NCBI RefSeq assembly: GCF_009831105.1
Contig: NZ_WUUQ01000002.1
Span: forward strand, 390,001 to 422,000
Source of the DNA: Copranaerobaculum intestinale
GTDB taxonomy: Bacteria > Bacillota_I > Bacilli_A > Erysipelotrichales > Erysipelotrichaceae
DNA: 32,000 nt
Reading direction: 5' to 3'
The notes under the pieces: generated by a model
Databases searched by the model: none
Seen by the model: only the letters and a program-made list of their open reading frames with translations
What the model was told of the DNA's origin: nothing
Program-made: the position numbers and the translations under genes
Shown here: positions 8,575 through 15,378 of the stretch, piece after piece
Layout: each line of letters begins with the position of its first letter
Position numbering within the stretch: position 1 is the first letter of the stretch

Positions 8575-8742
8575 ATGGGAAAAAAGCAAATATATATTAG
8601 AACAGAAAATTAAAGCAGTAGAAGACTGTATAAGCGAGAAACAATGCAAATATGTATAGATATGTGAGAAGGTACTCTATATAAGTGGATGACAATATAT
8701 GACAACCTTGGTGAAATGGTTTTTTTCAAAAGAAAGAAATAA
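8575..8742 (+). pseudogene. Decayed fragment of an IS-type transposase helix-turn-helix (orfA-like) gene
   Basis: GGAGGG then ATG gives MGKKQIYI. A frame shift gives LEQKIKAVEDCISEKQCKYV*. A third frame gives EGTLYKWMTIYDNLGEMVFFKRKK*. Together these look like the N-terminal HTH of IS3-like OrfA proteins, broken by stops and frameshifts. Confidence 0.4.
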
Positions 8743-8977
8743 ATTGTTTTGATCAATTTCATCAGCTGTAGATTTTGTTTTAAAAAGGGGAGGATGCTTG
8801 CTTTTAAACAGATGGCAAAGCAGGATCACCATTCTAAGAAGGCAATATAGATACATAGTGGTGTATATGCGAGCGAACTCCATGGTCATGCTCATATGAT
8901 GCGTAAGGACTGGTTGTCTTATGCGTTTGCCCATGATAGAATGACAGGGATCGGATGATGGAAACGGAGCTAAGAGA

Positions 8978-9610
8978 ATGGGCGATAAGCGAGAAATGAA
9001 ACAATCGAAGCAGATGATTTCACTGCCAGGGCTTGCGGCAATGCTTTTATCCATGGTGCTTGCAGGCTTTGGTGTCTGCATCTTTGTCGAGTGTAACATC
9101 GGTTCTGACACCTTGACCGTATTGTTGGATGGGGTGCGTCAAATATTGCATACATCCTTAGGCAATGGCAGCCGTATTTGTAATATAACAATTTTGATCA
9201 TTGCCATGTTAGTCAATCGCAAAGCGGTGGGATTAGAAACGATACTCTATGCGTTATTGATCGGCTTTTTCATTGATCTTGCGGGAGCACCAGTAGCTTC
9301 CTTATCCTTAGGCAGTCAAAGTCTGTTTATCAAACTGCTGGCAATTGGTATAGCGCAGTTATTCTTTGCCTTTGGTTTTGCGATTATGATTAAGGCAGAC
9401 AGTGGTATCCATGCGATTGATGCGGCCGTGAATGGGATCGTAGAAAAAAGCAGATTCACGTATCCGTTTGTACGAACCATGGTCGATGTGATTTTTGTGG
9501 TTGGCGGGATGATGATGGGGGGCGTAGCTGGTGTGGGTACCATCATTGCTTGTTTAACAACCGGATTATTGATAACCAGTTTTAAAAAACTCTTGAAATG
9601 TGCTTCATGA
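8978..9610 (+). CDS. YczE/YitT-like integral membrane protein (DUF6198-type)
   Basis: 210 aa with 5-6 predicted TM helices. Shows family-like segments GFGVCIFVECNIGSDTLTVLLDG and LLIGFFIDL. GGAG lies 8 nt upstream of the ATG. Confidence 0.6.
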   Translation: MGDKREMKQSKQMISLPGLAAMLLSMVLAGFGVCIFVECNIGSDTLTVLLDGVRQILHTSLGNGSRICNITILIIAMLVNRKAVGLETILYALLIGFFIDLAGAPVASLSLGSQSLFIKLLAIGIAQLFFAFGFAIMIKADSGIHAIDAAVNGIVEKSRFTYPFVRTMVDVIFVVGGMMMGGVAGVGTIIACLTTGLLITSFKKLLKCAS

Positions 9611-9632
9611 AGATGAAATTTAGGAGCAGCTA

Positions 9633-9661
9633 TTGCATTCCCATAAAATTTTGATTATAAT
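9633..9661 (+). promoter_or_regulatory. Sigma-A-type promoter for the valS leader
   Basis: TTGCAT (9633-9638), a 17-nt spacer, then TATAAT (9656-9661). Confidence 0.65.
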
Positions 9662-9667
9662 GTTTGA

Positions 9668-9896
9668 CATACATACGATGAACAGAAGGAGTACATACTT
9701 ACTGCTTACAGAGAGCTTTCGGATGGTGTAAGAAAGCAGCGGGAACTATGGAAGGTAGTCTGGGAGTAGATGCTTTGAACGCTGCAGTAGAGGCATCCGC
9801 ACAGTACGGCGTTATGTACTTGAGGCATATACATTTGGGATATGCAAAATAAGGTGGTACCACGTGCAAGCGTCCTTTGGAGGGCGCTTTTTTTAT
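9668..9896 (+). promoter_or_regulatory. T-box riboswitch leader (valine-specific) with intrinsic terminator
   Basis: Stem I elements: GAUGA K-turn (9677-9681), AGUA (9690-9693), AGAGAG bulge (9710-9715), and distal loop CUUUC-GGAUGGUGUAA-GAAAG (9716-9736). GUA sits in the specifier loop at 9755-9757. The conserved T-box AAUAAGGUGGUACCACG is at 9848-9864. The terminator is AGCGUCCU/AGGGCGCU plus a U-run (9869-9894). Confidence 0.9.
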
Positions 9897-9912
9897 GGAA
9901 GGAGATAAGCAT

Positions 9913-12525
9913 ATGGAAAAAAAGACAATGGCTGGCAAATACGACCATCACCAGGTTGAAAAATCACATTATAAAACATGGGTTGAACAGGGATATTTTA
10001 CTGCGGGAGATAAAAGTAAGGATCCATTCTGTATTGTAATACCGCCGCCGAATGTCACCGGGAAACTGCATCTTGGTCATGCTTGGGATACGACGCTTCA
10101 GGATATCGTTACCCGCTACAAGCGGATGCGCGGTTTTGATGCACTGTGGGTTCCCGGTATGGATCATGCGGGAATCGCCACGCAGGCCAAAGTAGATGAA
10201 CGTTTGAAGGGAGAGGGAATTTCCCGTTATGATATCGGACGTGAAAAATTTTTGGATCGTGCTTGGGAGTGGAAAGAGGAATACGCACAGACGATCCGAA
10301 AGCAGTGGTCAAAGCTGGGATTATCATTAGATTATACGCGGGAACGCTTTACCCTTGATGAAGGGCTTTCTAAGGCGGTCCGCAAGGTATTTGTGGATTT
10401 GTATGAGGAGGGACTGATTTATCAGGGAGAACGGATCATCAACTGGGATCCGAAAGCGAAGACCGCGCTGTCCAATATTGAGGTTATTCATAAAGAAATC
10501 GAAGGAGCCATGTATACTTTCCGCTATCAGGTTGTGGAAACCGGCGAATATTTTGAAGTAGCAACCACTCGCCCGGAAACAATGTTTGGCGATGTTTGTA
10601 TTGTTGTGCATCCGGATGATGAGCGCTTGAATCATCTGATCGGCAAGCATGCGATCAATCCGGCAAACGGCGATGAGCTGCCGATTATCGGCGATGATTA
10701 TATTGAAATCGGTTTTGGAACGGGAGCGATGAAGTGTACGCCGGCTCATGATCCGAATGATTTCCAGATCAGCGAACGCCATGATCTGCCGAAGGTCATC
10801 TGCATGAACCCTGACGGTACGATGAATGAGATATGCGGTAAATATCAGGGGATGGATCGCTTTGCATGCCGCAAGGCGTTGGTTGAAGATATCGAGCGTG
10901 ACGGGAATTTGGTGAATATTGAAAAGCATATTCATCAGGTTGGTCATTCGGAACGGACGGATGTAATTGTTGAACCGTACTTATCCAAGCAGTGGTTTGT
11001 AAAAATGAAACCGCTGGCGGCGGAGGTGCTGAAAAATCAAAACATCGAAGATCAGAAAATTCACTTCTACCCGAATCGTTTCGAAAAGACTTTCCAGCAG
11101 TGGCTGGAAAATATCGAGGATTGGTGCATTTCCCGTCAGTTGTGGTGGGGACACCGTATCCCTGCCTGGTATCATAAAGATACGCATGAAATCTATGTTG
11201 GAATGGATGATCCAAAAGATCCGGAAAATTGGATTCAGGATGAAGATGTGCTGGATACCTGGTTCTCCAGCGCCCTTTGGCCATTTTCAACCTTGGGCTG
11301 GCCACAGGATACCGAGGATTTGAAGCGCTATTTCCCCAATGATGTACTAGTGACCGGTTATGATATCATATTTTTCTGGGTTGCGCGGATGGCCTTTCAG
11401 ACCCGTTACTGCATGCATGATCGTCCGTTCAAGGATGTCTTGATTCACGGCTTGGTTCGTGATGCCCAGGGCCGCAAGATGAGTAAGTCACTAGGAAATG
11501 GTATTGATCCGATGGATGTGATTGAGAAATATGGCGTTGATGCATTGCGGTTTTTCTTGACGACCAATTCAACGCCGGGTCAAGATCTTCGTTACATTGA
11601 AGAAAAAGTAGAATCAAGCTGGAATTTTATTAATAAAATCTGGAATGCCTCCCGCTTTGTGGAGATGCAGATTGATGATGAAACATCGTTGGAGATCGAG
11701 AGTCCGTCAATCATTGACAAATGGATTTTAAATCGGTTTCATGAAGTGCTCAGTAATGTTGAATCCAACATGGAGAAATATGAATATGCACTCGTTGGAA
11801 ATGAACTGTATAGCTTTATCTGGGATGATTTCTGCAGCTGGTATATCGAGCTTTCAAAGGCCGGTTTACAAAGTGACGATAAAACGATCCGCAAAGCTGC
11901 TCAATCGACGCTGCTTGTTGTACTGTCCGGCATTATCAAGATGCTGCATCCGTTTATGCCGTTTGTGACCGAAGAAATTTATCTGTCGCTGCCGCATCAC
12001 TTGGAAAGCATCAATCTTGAAACATGGCCGAAGGCTGTTGATCAAACAATGGATCAGGATGAGATGGAGAGCGTTAGTCAGCTGATTACGATGATTGAAG
12101 CAGTGCGTGCGATCAAAGCTGAATACGGCATGAAGCCAAGTGCTGATGTGTTTATTCTGGTTTATGATGATGCGATGCAGCTGATAAAGGGCACTGATGA
12201 ATTAAAAGCTATTTTGATGAAGATGTGTCATGCAAGCTGGATGGAGCAGTCAAGCGATGAGGAAATGGTGGTTCGTCCGATTCGCGGCGGTTCTTTACAT
12301 GTGCCGTTGGCATCAGTCATTAACATTGAGGAAGAAATCACGAAATTAACCAAAGAATTAAATAAATTAAAAGGAGAAATAAAACGCGGTGAGGGAATGC
12401 TTGCCAACCCGAATTTTATCCATAAAGCACCGGAAGCAAAGGTGAACGCAGAACGTGAAAAATTGGAAAACTATCGCAAGCAGTATCTAGTTGTCGAAGC
12501 AAAATTGAACGAGTATCGCAAATAA
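9913..12525 (+). CDS. valS: Valine--tRNA ligase
   Basis: Class I motifs HLGH (GKLHLGHAWD) and KMSKS (GRKMSKSLGN), plus a C-terminal coiled coil. The start is set at ATG 9913 (MEKKTMAGKYDHHQVEK...) with AAGGAG 8 nt upstream. The ORF-track start at 9877 lies inside the T-box terminator. Confidence 0.96.
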   Translation: MEKKTMAGKYDHHQVEKSHYKTWVEQGYFTAGDKSKDPFCIVIPPPNVTGKLHLGHAWDTTLQDIVTRYKRMRGFDALWVPGMDHAGIATQAKVDERLKGEGISRYDIGREKFLDRAWEWKEEYAQTIRKQWSKLGLSLDYTRERFTLDEGLSKAVRKVFVDLYEEGLIYQGERIINWDPKAKTALSNIEVIHKEIEGAMYTFRYQVVETGEYFEVATTRPETMFGDVCIVVHPDDERLNHLIGKHAINPANGDELPIIGDDYIEIGFGTGAMKCTPAHDPNDFQISERHDLPKVICMNPDGTMNEICGKYQGMDRFACRKALVEDIERDGNLVNIEKHIHQVGHSERTDVIVEPYLSKQWFVKMKPLAAEVLKNQNIEDQKIHFYPNRFEKTFQQWLENIEDWCISRQLWWGHRIPAWYHKDTHEIYVGMDDPKDPENWIQDEDVLDTWFSSALWPFSTLGWPQDTEDLKRYFPNDVLVTGYDIIFFWVARMAFQTRYCMHDRPFKDVLIHGLVRDAQGRKMSKSLGNGIDPMDVIEKYGVDALRFFLTTNSTPGQDLRYIEEKVESSWNFINKIWNASRFVEMQIDDETSLEIESPSIIDKWILNRFHEVLSNVESNMEKYEYALVGNELYSFIWDDFCSWYIELSKAGLQSDDKTIRKAAQSTLLVVLSGIIKMLHPFMPFVTEEIYLSLPHHLESINLETWPKAVDQTMDQDEMESVSQLITMIEAVRAIKAEYGMKPSADVFILVYDDAMQLIKGTDELKAILMKMCHASWMEQSSDEEMVVRPIRGGSLHVPLASVINIEEEITKLTKELNKLKGEIKRGEGMLANPNFIHKAPEAKVNAEREKLENYRKQYLVVEAKLNEYRK

Positions 12526-12526
12526 G

Positions 12527-12566
12527 AAAAGCTGTTGTCCAAAGCAAATGGATAACAGCTTTTTTA
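12527..12566. terminator. Bidirectional rho-independent terminator between convergent valS and degV
   Basis: Stem AAAAGCTGTTGTCC / GGATAACAGCTTTT with a 9-nt loop, flanked by an A-run on the left and a T-run on the right. Confidence 0.8.
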
Positions 12567-12600
12567 AGCGATATTGGAGATTCAGGAAAACTTTTGTGTC

Positions 12601-13488
12601 TTAATCAATGCGAGGATCACCCCAGAAGAACAAGGCTACAGTACCGGGGCCGGTATGGCTTCCGATGGTTGTACCGACATAATTGATGACAACCCTGCCG
12701 TTTAGGAAAGGGAACTTAGATTCAATAAGATCCGCAACTTTTTTGGCATCCTCATAACAACCGGAATGTGAAATAAAGCATTTTCCGTCATATTGCAGTC
12801 CTTTGTCAGCATGTGCTTCCATCTGGTCGACAATCGCTGAAATAACTTTTTTCTTAGTGCGAATTTTATAGCGGGGCACCAAATGTCCTTCTTTATCCAT
12901 ATTCAGCAGAGGGCAGATTCCAAGCATTGTGCCGACGGCACCAGAGGTTTTTGAAATTCTTCCGCCTTTTACATAAAAGGTGAGATCGGTTGAAAAAAAC
13001 CAGTGATGAAGCCGCAGCTTGTTTGTTTCTGCCCATTGATAGACATCATCCAATCCCATGCCCTGATCACGCAGATCCGCAAGCTGATCCATCAACAGTC
13101 CATAGCCGGAGGAGGCCCCCAGTGAGTCAACAATATAGATTTTACGATTCGGATATTTTTCTTCCAGTTCTGCTTTCGCAAGCATGGCTGAGTTGATAAC
13201 CCCGGACAGACCACTGGATAGACATACGTGAAGAATATCATTGCCCGCTTCTAAAAACGGGGTAAAATATTCAATAAATTCCGCCATATTCACTTGAGAA
13301 GTCTGTGTATCTGCACCCTCGGCCATCCTTTTATAGAAATCATCAAAGGGAATGGATTCTCCCAGATCATCGGCGTATTCAACACCGTTTAAGGAAAAAT
13401 GAAAACATATATAATGGATATCTCTTTGCTGAAAATGCGCCTTTGACAAATCAGCAGTTGAACAGCAGCTTAAAATAAATTTGCTCAT
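12601..13488 (-). CDS. DegV-family fatty-acid-binding protein (FakB-like)
   Basis: About 295 aa. N-terminus MSKFILSCCSTADLS is typical of DegV (..DS.ADL). The start is set at ATG 13486-13488 (complement) with GAAAGGAA upstream. The ORF-track start at 13524 adds 12 unsupported residues. Confidence 0.85.
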   Translation of the reverse strand: MSKFILSCCSTADLSKAHFQQRDIHYICFHFSLNGVEYADDLGESIPFDDFYKRMAEGADTQTSQVNMAEFIEYFTPFLEAGNDILHVCLSSGLSGVINSAMLAKAELEEKYPNRKIYIVDSLGASSGYGLLMDQLADLRDQGMGLDDVYQWAETNKLRLHHWFFSTDLTFYVKGGRISKTSGAVGTMLGICPLLNMDKEGHLVPRYKIRTKKKVISAIVDQMEAHADKGLQYDGKCFISHSGCYEDAKKVADLIESKFPFLNGRVVINYVGTTIGSHTGPGTVALFFWGDPRID

Positions 13489-13656
13489 ATTCTTGTTCCT
13501 TTCTGCACTCGCGAGGCGAGTCAATGTAATAAAAACGAAATCTTCCTTTGATAAAAGTATATCAAATTTGATGCATTATCACAAATTACACGTAAAGCAG
13601 AATGAGAAAAGTCAGACAATTTCTGGAATTTGTACAGGATTTTAAAAGGATCAACC

Positions 13657-13686
13657 GGAAAAAAAATCCTGTCGTTGACAGGATCT
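13657..13686 (-). terminator. Rho-independent terminator after corA (minus strand)
   Basis: On the minus strand, ATCCTGTC-AACG-GACAGGAT is followed by TTTTTTTT (the plus-strand A-run at 13659-13666). Confidence 0.8.
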
Positions 13687-13694
13687 GTGCGTGG

Positions 13695-14633
13695 TTAATG
13701 AAACATATCCTTATGCTTAAAAATAATCGTGGCGATCACGCAGGCAATCACCGCGACCAGCGTAGGAAACCACCATACCGGTACCGGCAGTCCCTTTACA
13801 TTCATACCATAAAAACTGAAAATGATATTGGGGATAGCCATTACTATTGTGATAACCGTCAAAATTTTCATAACGATATTCAAATTGTTAGAAATCACTG
13901 AAGCGAAAGCATCCATTGTCCCTGATAAAATATTAGAGTAAATATTACACATTTCGATGGCCTGATGAATTTCAATCAAAACATCTTCCAATAGTTCCTG
14001 GTCTTCTTCATATAGCTTGATGAATTTTCCCCGCATGATTTTGTTTAAGGTTACTTCATCCGTTTTCAGGGAGGTTGAAAAATATACAAGTGATTTTTCA
14101 ATGCCGAGCATCTGGATCAACTCTTTATTCTTCATGGATTGGTGCAGGGTGCGCTCAGTGCGGGAGGAGATGCGATCAATCTGCCGCAGGTAGATAAGGA
14201 AACGCTGTGAAATGCGCAGCAGTAATAATAATAAAAACCGTGTTTTCTGGTCGGTGCGGATGCCGCGTACCCGTCCATTGGCCATATCCTCAATATTGAG
14301 ATTTTCATATAAACTGATCGTAATGACATATCCCTTCATGATGATAACACCCAGCGGCAGGGTTGTGTAAAGCAGCGTGTTTTCGTTTGCATTATCATCT
14401 TCCTCGGCACTTGGATAGTCGACGATGACAAGGGTCTGTCCCTCATCGCTGTCGATGTGTGAGCTTTCTTCTTCGTCGAGGGAGGCCTTCACAAATTCCG
14501 GAAGGACACCGATGGTATCGGTAAGATATGCGATTTCCTGTTCGGTCGGATGAACCGCATTGATCCAGCAGCCGCTCTGTGCTTCATCAATCTGCACAGT
14601 ACGGTTGTCAATCGTTTTATAAAAAGTAAGCAT
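13695..14633 (-). CDS. corA: CorA-family magnesium/cobalt transporter
   Basis: 312 aa with two C-terminal TM helices carrying the signature YGMNV (GMN). AAGGAGA SD lies upstream. Confidence 0.92.
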   Translation of the reverse strand: MLTFYKTIDNRTVQIDEAQSGCWINAVHPTEQEIAYLTDTIGVLPEFVKASLDEEESSHIDSDEGQTLVIVDYPSAEEDDNANENTLLYTTLPLGVIIMKGYVITISLYENLNIEDMANGRVRGIRTDQKTRFLLLLLLRISQRFLIYLRQIDRISSRTERTLHQSMKNKELIQMLGIEKSLVYFSTSLKTDEVTLNKIMRGKFIKLYEEDQELLEDVLIEIHQAIEMCNIYSNILSGTMDAFASVISNNLNIVMKILTVITIVMAIPNIIFSFYGMNVKGLPVPVWWFPTLVAVIACVIATIIFKHKDMFH

Positions 14634-14755
14634 ACTTTCTCCTTTCCTCAGGAGAACGTGGCTGTTGTCTCCTGAATATCTTGTTTATTTAGCTTTGATA
14701 AGGGTTTCCCGGGCTCAGGGGACATAGCCATCACCTACTTTCTTTACCGCTTCAC

Positions 14756-14764
14756 ATTATACCA
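14756..14764 (-). promoter_or_regulatory. Extended -10 promoter element for corA
   Basis: The minus strand reads TGGTATAAT (TG-n-TATAAT). No good -35 was found. It would give a leader of about 115-120 nt. Confidence 0.4.
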
Positions 14765-14862
14765 TACCTCAAAGCTATTCTTTCACAAATTGATCAAAAA
14801 ATTACAGTTTAGACGGAAGCGAAAGACAACTGTAAAAAACTGTCAGTTTTAAAAAATCTGAA

Positions 14863-14891
14863 TTGACAAATGACGGCAATCGTAATATAGT
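14863..14891 (+). promoter_or_regulatory. Sigma-A-type promoter of the marR-ABC exporter operon
   Basis: TTGACA (14863-14868), a 17-nt spacer, then TATAGT (14886-14891). Confidence 0.65.
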
Positions 14892-14923
14892 TAGCATGCT
14901 AATAATTAGCAAGCTAACTATAT
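14885..14923. promoter_or_regulatory. 39-bp near-perfect palindrome, probable MarR operator
   Basis: ATATAGTTAGCATGCTAA-taa-TTAGCAAGCTAACTATAT has 18-bp arms with 1 mismatch. It overlaps the -10 box and the transcription start, 14 nt upstream of the marR ATG. Confidence 0.6.
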
Positions 14924-14936
14924 CGGAGGTGAAGGA

Positions 14937-15365
14937 ATGAAAACGCCTTTTAATTTTGTGATGTTTAAAACGTATCATGCCCAGCGTAATCACATACGTA
15001 TGAATATGACCGATCATGGACTGTCTCCGGGGCAGCCTAAGATTCTGCGGTATTTGAATACCCATGAAGATTGTATGCTGAAGGATATCGCCGCAAACTG
15101 CGATGTTGAGCCGGCTACGGTTTCACGGATTTTGGGCAATCTGGAGGAAACCGGCATGCTGACAAAAACCGTTGGTACTCAGGATAAGCGATCCCTGCGG
15201 CTGGCGATAACAAAGAAAGGAAAAGAAGCTCTGGCATGGTGGAATATTCACTGTCAGGAGGTTGACGAGCTTTCTTTGAAGGGTTTTAGTGAAGAAGAAC
15301 GGTGTGAATTTGAAAAGTATCTGGACCGCATGTATTTTAATTTAAGCGGTCGGCATTTAGAATAG
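14937..15365 (+). CDS. MarR-family transcriptional regulator
   Basis: 142 aa with a winged-HTH pattern (LSPGQPKILRYL...MLKDIAANCDVEPATVSRILGNLEETGML...DKRSLRLAITKKG). GGAGGTG SD upstream. Confidence 0.88.
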   Translation: MKTPFNFVMFKTYHAQRNHIRMNMTDHGLSPGQPKILRYLNTHEDCMLKDIAANCDVEPATVSRILGNLEETGMLTKTVGTQDKRSLRLAITKKGKEALAWWNIHCQEVDELSLKGFSEEERCEFEKYLDRMYFNLSGRHLE

Positions 15366-15378
15366 GAGGCTGGTTAAT

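Noticed and set aside
8743-8977. Possible riboswitch or small ORF (MLAFKQMAKQDHHSKKAI, ATG directly abutting GGGGAGG) upstream of the YczE-like gene
   Set aside because: The SD-to-ATG spacing is essentially zero, I recognised no conserved riboswitch motif, and the region is more simply explained as further decayed remnant DNA next to the transposase relic.
8677-9111. 144-aa minus-strand ORF spanning the start of the YczE-like gene
   Set aside because: It overlaps a membrane-protein gene with a good SD on the plus strand. Its 3' part crosses the non-coding and relic region, and it has no SD or motifs.
9877-9912. Upstream extension of valS to the ORF-track start (TTG 9877, MEGAFFMEGDKH...)
   Set aside because: The proposed start lies in the loop of the T-box terminator hairpin. 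ATG 9913 has a proper AAGGAG SD and gives an N-terminus that matches other ValRS proteins (..KYD...VEK).
10327-11305. 206-aa and 169-aa minus-strand ORFs inside valS
   Set aside because: They are antisense to a gene with unambiguous class I synthetase motifs. They have no SD or motifs and their composition is typical of shadow frames.
13489-13524. Upstream extension of degV (MTRLASAERNKN...)
   Set aside because: It has no SD. The internal ATG at 13486-13488 (complement) follows GAAAGGAA and yields the standard DegV N-terminus.
13602-13901. 99-aa plus-strand ORF across the corA terminator and the corA 3' end
   Set aside because: It runs through a strong minus-strand terminator and is antisense to the corA TM region. 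Its Arg/His-rich product is implausible.
14634-14764. M-box (ykoK-type) Mg2+ riboswitch upstream of corA
   Set aside because: The leader is only about 115 nt, against about 160-170 nt for an M-box. Apart from a vague UAGGUGAUGGCU resemblance to the conserved GGUGAGGCU segment, the conserved helices and motifs are not recognisable. It is reported instead as an uncharacterised alternative-pairing leader.
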